Source of the DNA: Candidatus Wildermuthbacteria bacterium
GTDB lineage: Bacteria; Patescibacteriota; Minisyncoccia; Minisyncoccales; UBA10102
Length of the DNA stretch: 64,000 nt
Assembly: GCA_016186115.1 (NCBI GenBank)
Contig: JACPMK010000003.1
Location: 90,470-154,469 of the forward strand
Direction: 5' to 3'
Of this stretch, positions 63,528 to 64,000 are shown in pieces (position 1 is the stretch's first letter; every line of letters begins with the position of its first letter). Position numbers and translations under genes: made by a program. Below the pieces are notes generated by a model. It worked only from the letters and a program-made list of their open reading frames with translations, did not search any database and was not told the origin of the DNA.

Positions 63528-64000
63528 TCTTCTTATAGAGGGGTTAGAAACGATAGGCATAGAATATCTCGCTTATTTACCATGCAGCACTGCATGCGAT
63601 GTGTTAGAGCATTTTAGAAAAGATAAGAAAGTGACCATGATTCCCTTGACTAAAGAAGAGGAGGGAATCGGTGTTATGGCTGGGTTGGAAGCATGCGGCA
63701 AAAAAGCAGTGCTTTTGATTCAAGATTCCGGGTTAGGAAATTTTTTGAATGCCCTTGTTACGCTGGGGACTTCCTATAAGATTCCCATATGCATTGTTGC
63801 AACCCGGCGCGGGGGATTTTATGAAATCAACGAGGCGAATGCGGAGTTTGGAGAAATTGCTCCCGAGCTTATTGATGCTTCGCGGAGCATGGGATTTATC
63901 TTGGATTACAAAGTTCCTTTGGAACATTGGAAAGATGTTGTGGCGAATACCTATCAGTATGCGCATATGATGCATAAACCAATTATTTTACTTATCAATC
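63499..64000 (+). CDS. ThDP-dependent (phosphono/sulfo)pyruvate decarboxylase, alpha/N-terminal part; cut by window edge
   Basis: My own translation from the ATG at 63499 gives MNASRQSKSNLLIEGLETIGIEYLAYLPCSTACDVLEHF...EEEGIGVMAGLEACGKKAVLLIQDSGLGNFLNALVTL...PICIVATRRGG. It is absent from the track because it runs off the edge. Confidence 0.7.
   Translation, partial: MNASRQSKSNLLIEGLETIGIEYLAYLPCSTACDVLEHFRKDKKVTMIPLTKEEEGIGVMAGLEACGKKAVLLIQDSGLGNFLNALVTLGTSYKIPICIVATRRGGFYEINEANAEFGEIAPELIDASRSMGFILDYKVPLEHWKDVVANTYQYAHMMHKPIILLIN

Overview
The window reads as chromosomal DNA from a small-genome, moderately AT-rich bacterium using the standard genetic code, since TGA is used as a stop. Genes are tightly packed and often overlap by 1-30 nt (ATGA or TAATG junctions). 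The gene content suggests a Candidate Phyla Radiation / Patescibacteria (Parcubacteria-like) organism: a truncated Mfd, a tail-less FtsZ, a sigma factor followed by a membrane coiled-coil protein and a giant surface protein, peptidoglycan-binding coiled-coil proteins, and an O-antigen-ligase-TPR fusion. That assignment is inference only. Positions 1-38 kb are housekeeping genes: mutY (cut by the edge), leuS, glmS, a three-gene ATP-citrate-lyase-like set, glyA, folD, tRNA-Leu(CAA), topA, mfd, pth, lepB, hisS, rpsU, ybeY, ftsA, ftsZ, comEC, a small glycoside-hydrolase module, a cysteine desulfurase, htrA and clpB. Positions 38-48 kb are an envelope module: an HTH protein, an ECF-type sigma factor, an anti-sigma-like protein, a 1152-aa repeat protein, an Asp-box propeller protein and a Wzy/TPR protein. 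Positions 48-64 kb are a glycan-modification island: a 4,6-dehydratase, a cupin, a DegT aminotransferase, an SpsF-type cytidylyltransferase, a WbuX/HisH/HisF amidino module, GNATs, a GT2, an acyl-CoA ligase, an Fe-ADH and the start of a (phosphono/sulfo)pyruvate decarboxylase. I found no rRNA, CRISPR array, IS element or integrase. The most unusual observations are four. First, at least nine short arrays with a strict 7-nt period lie in-frame inside essential genes, and one unit family gives near-identical peptides in mfd, pth and the cysteine desulfurase. Second, a roughly 455-nt promoter-to-terminator unit between topA and mfd looks like a structured RNA of unknown class. Third, the ACL-like gene trio. 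Fourth, the composite glycan island with possible phosphonate chemistry.
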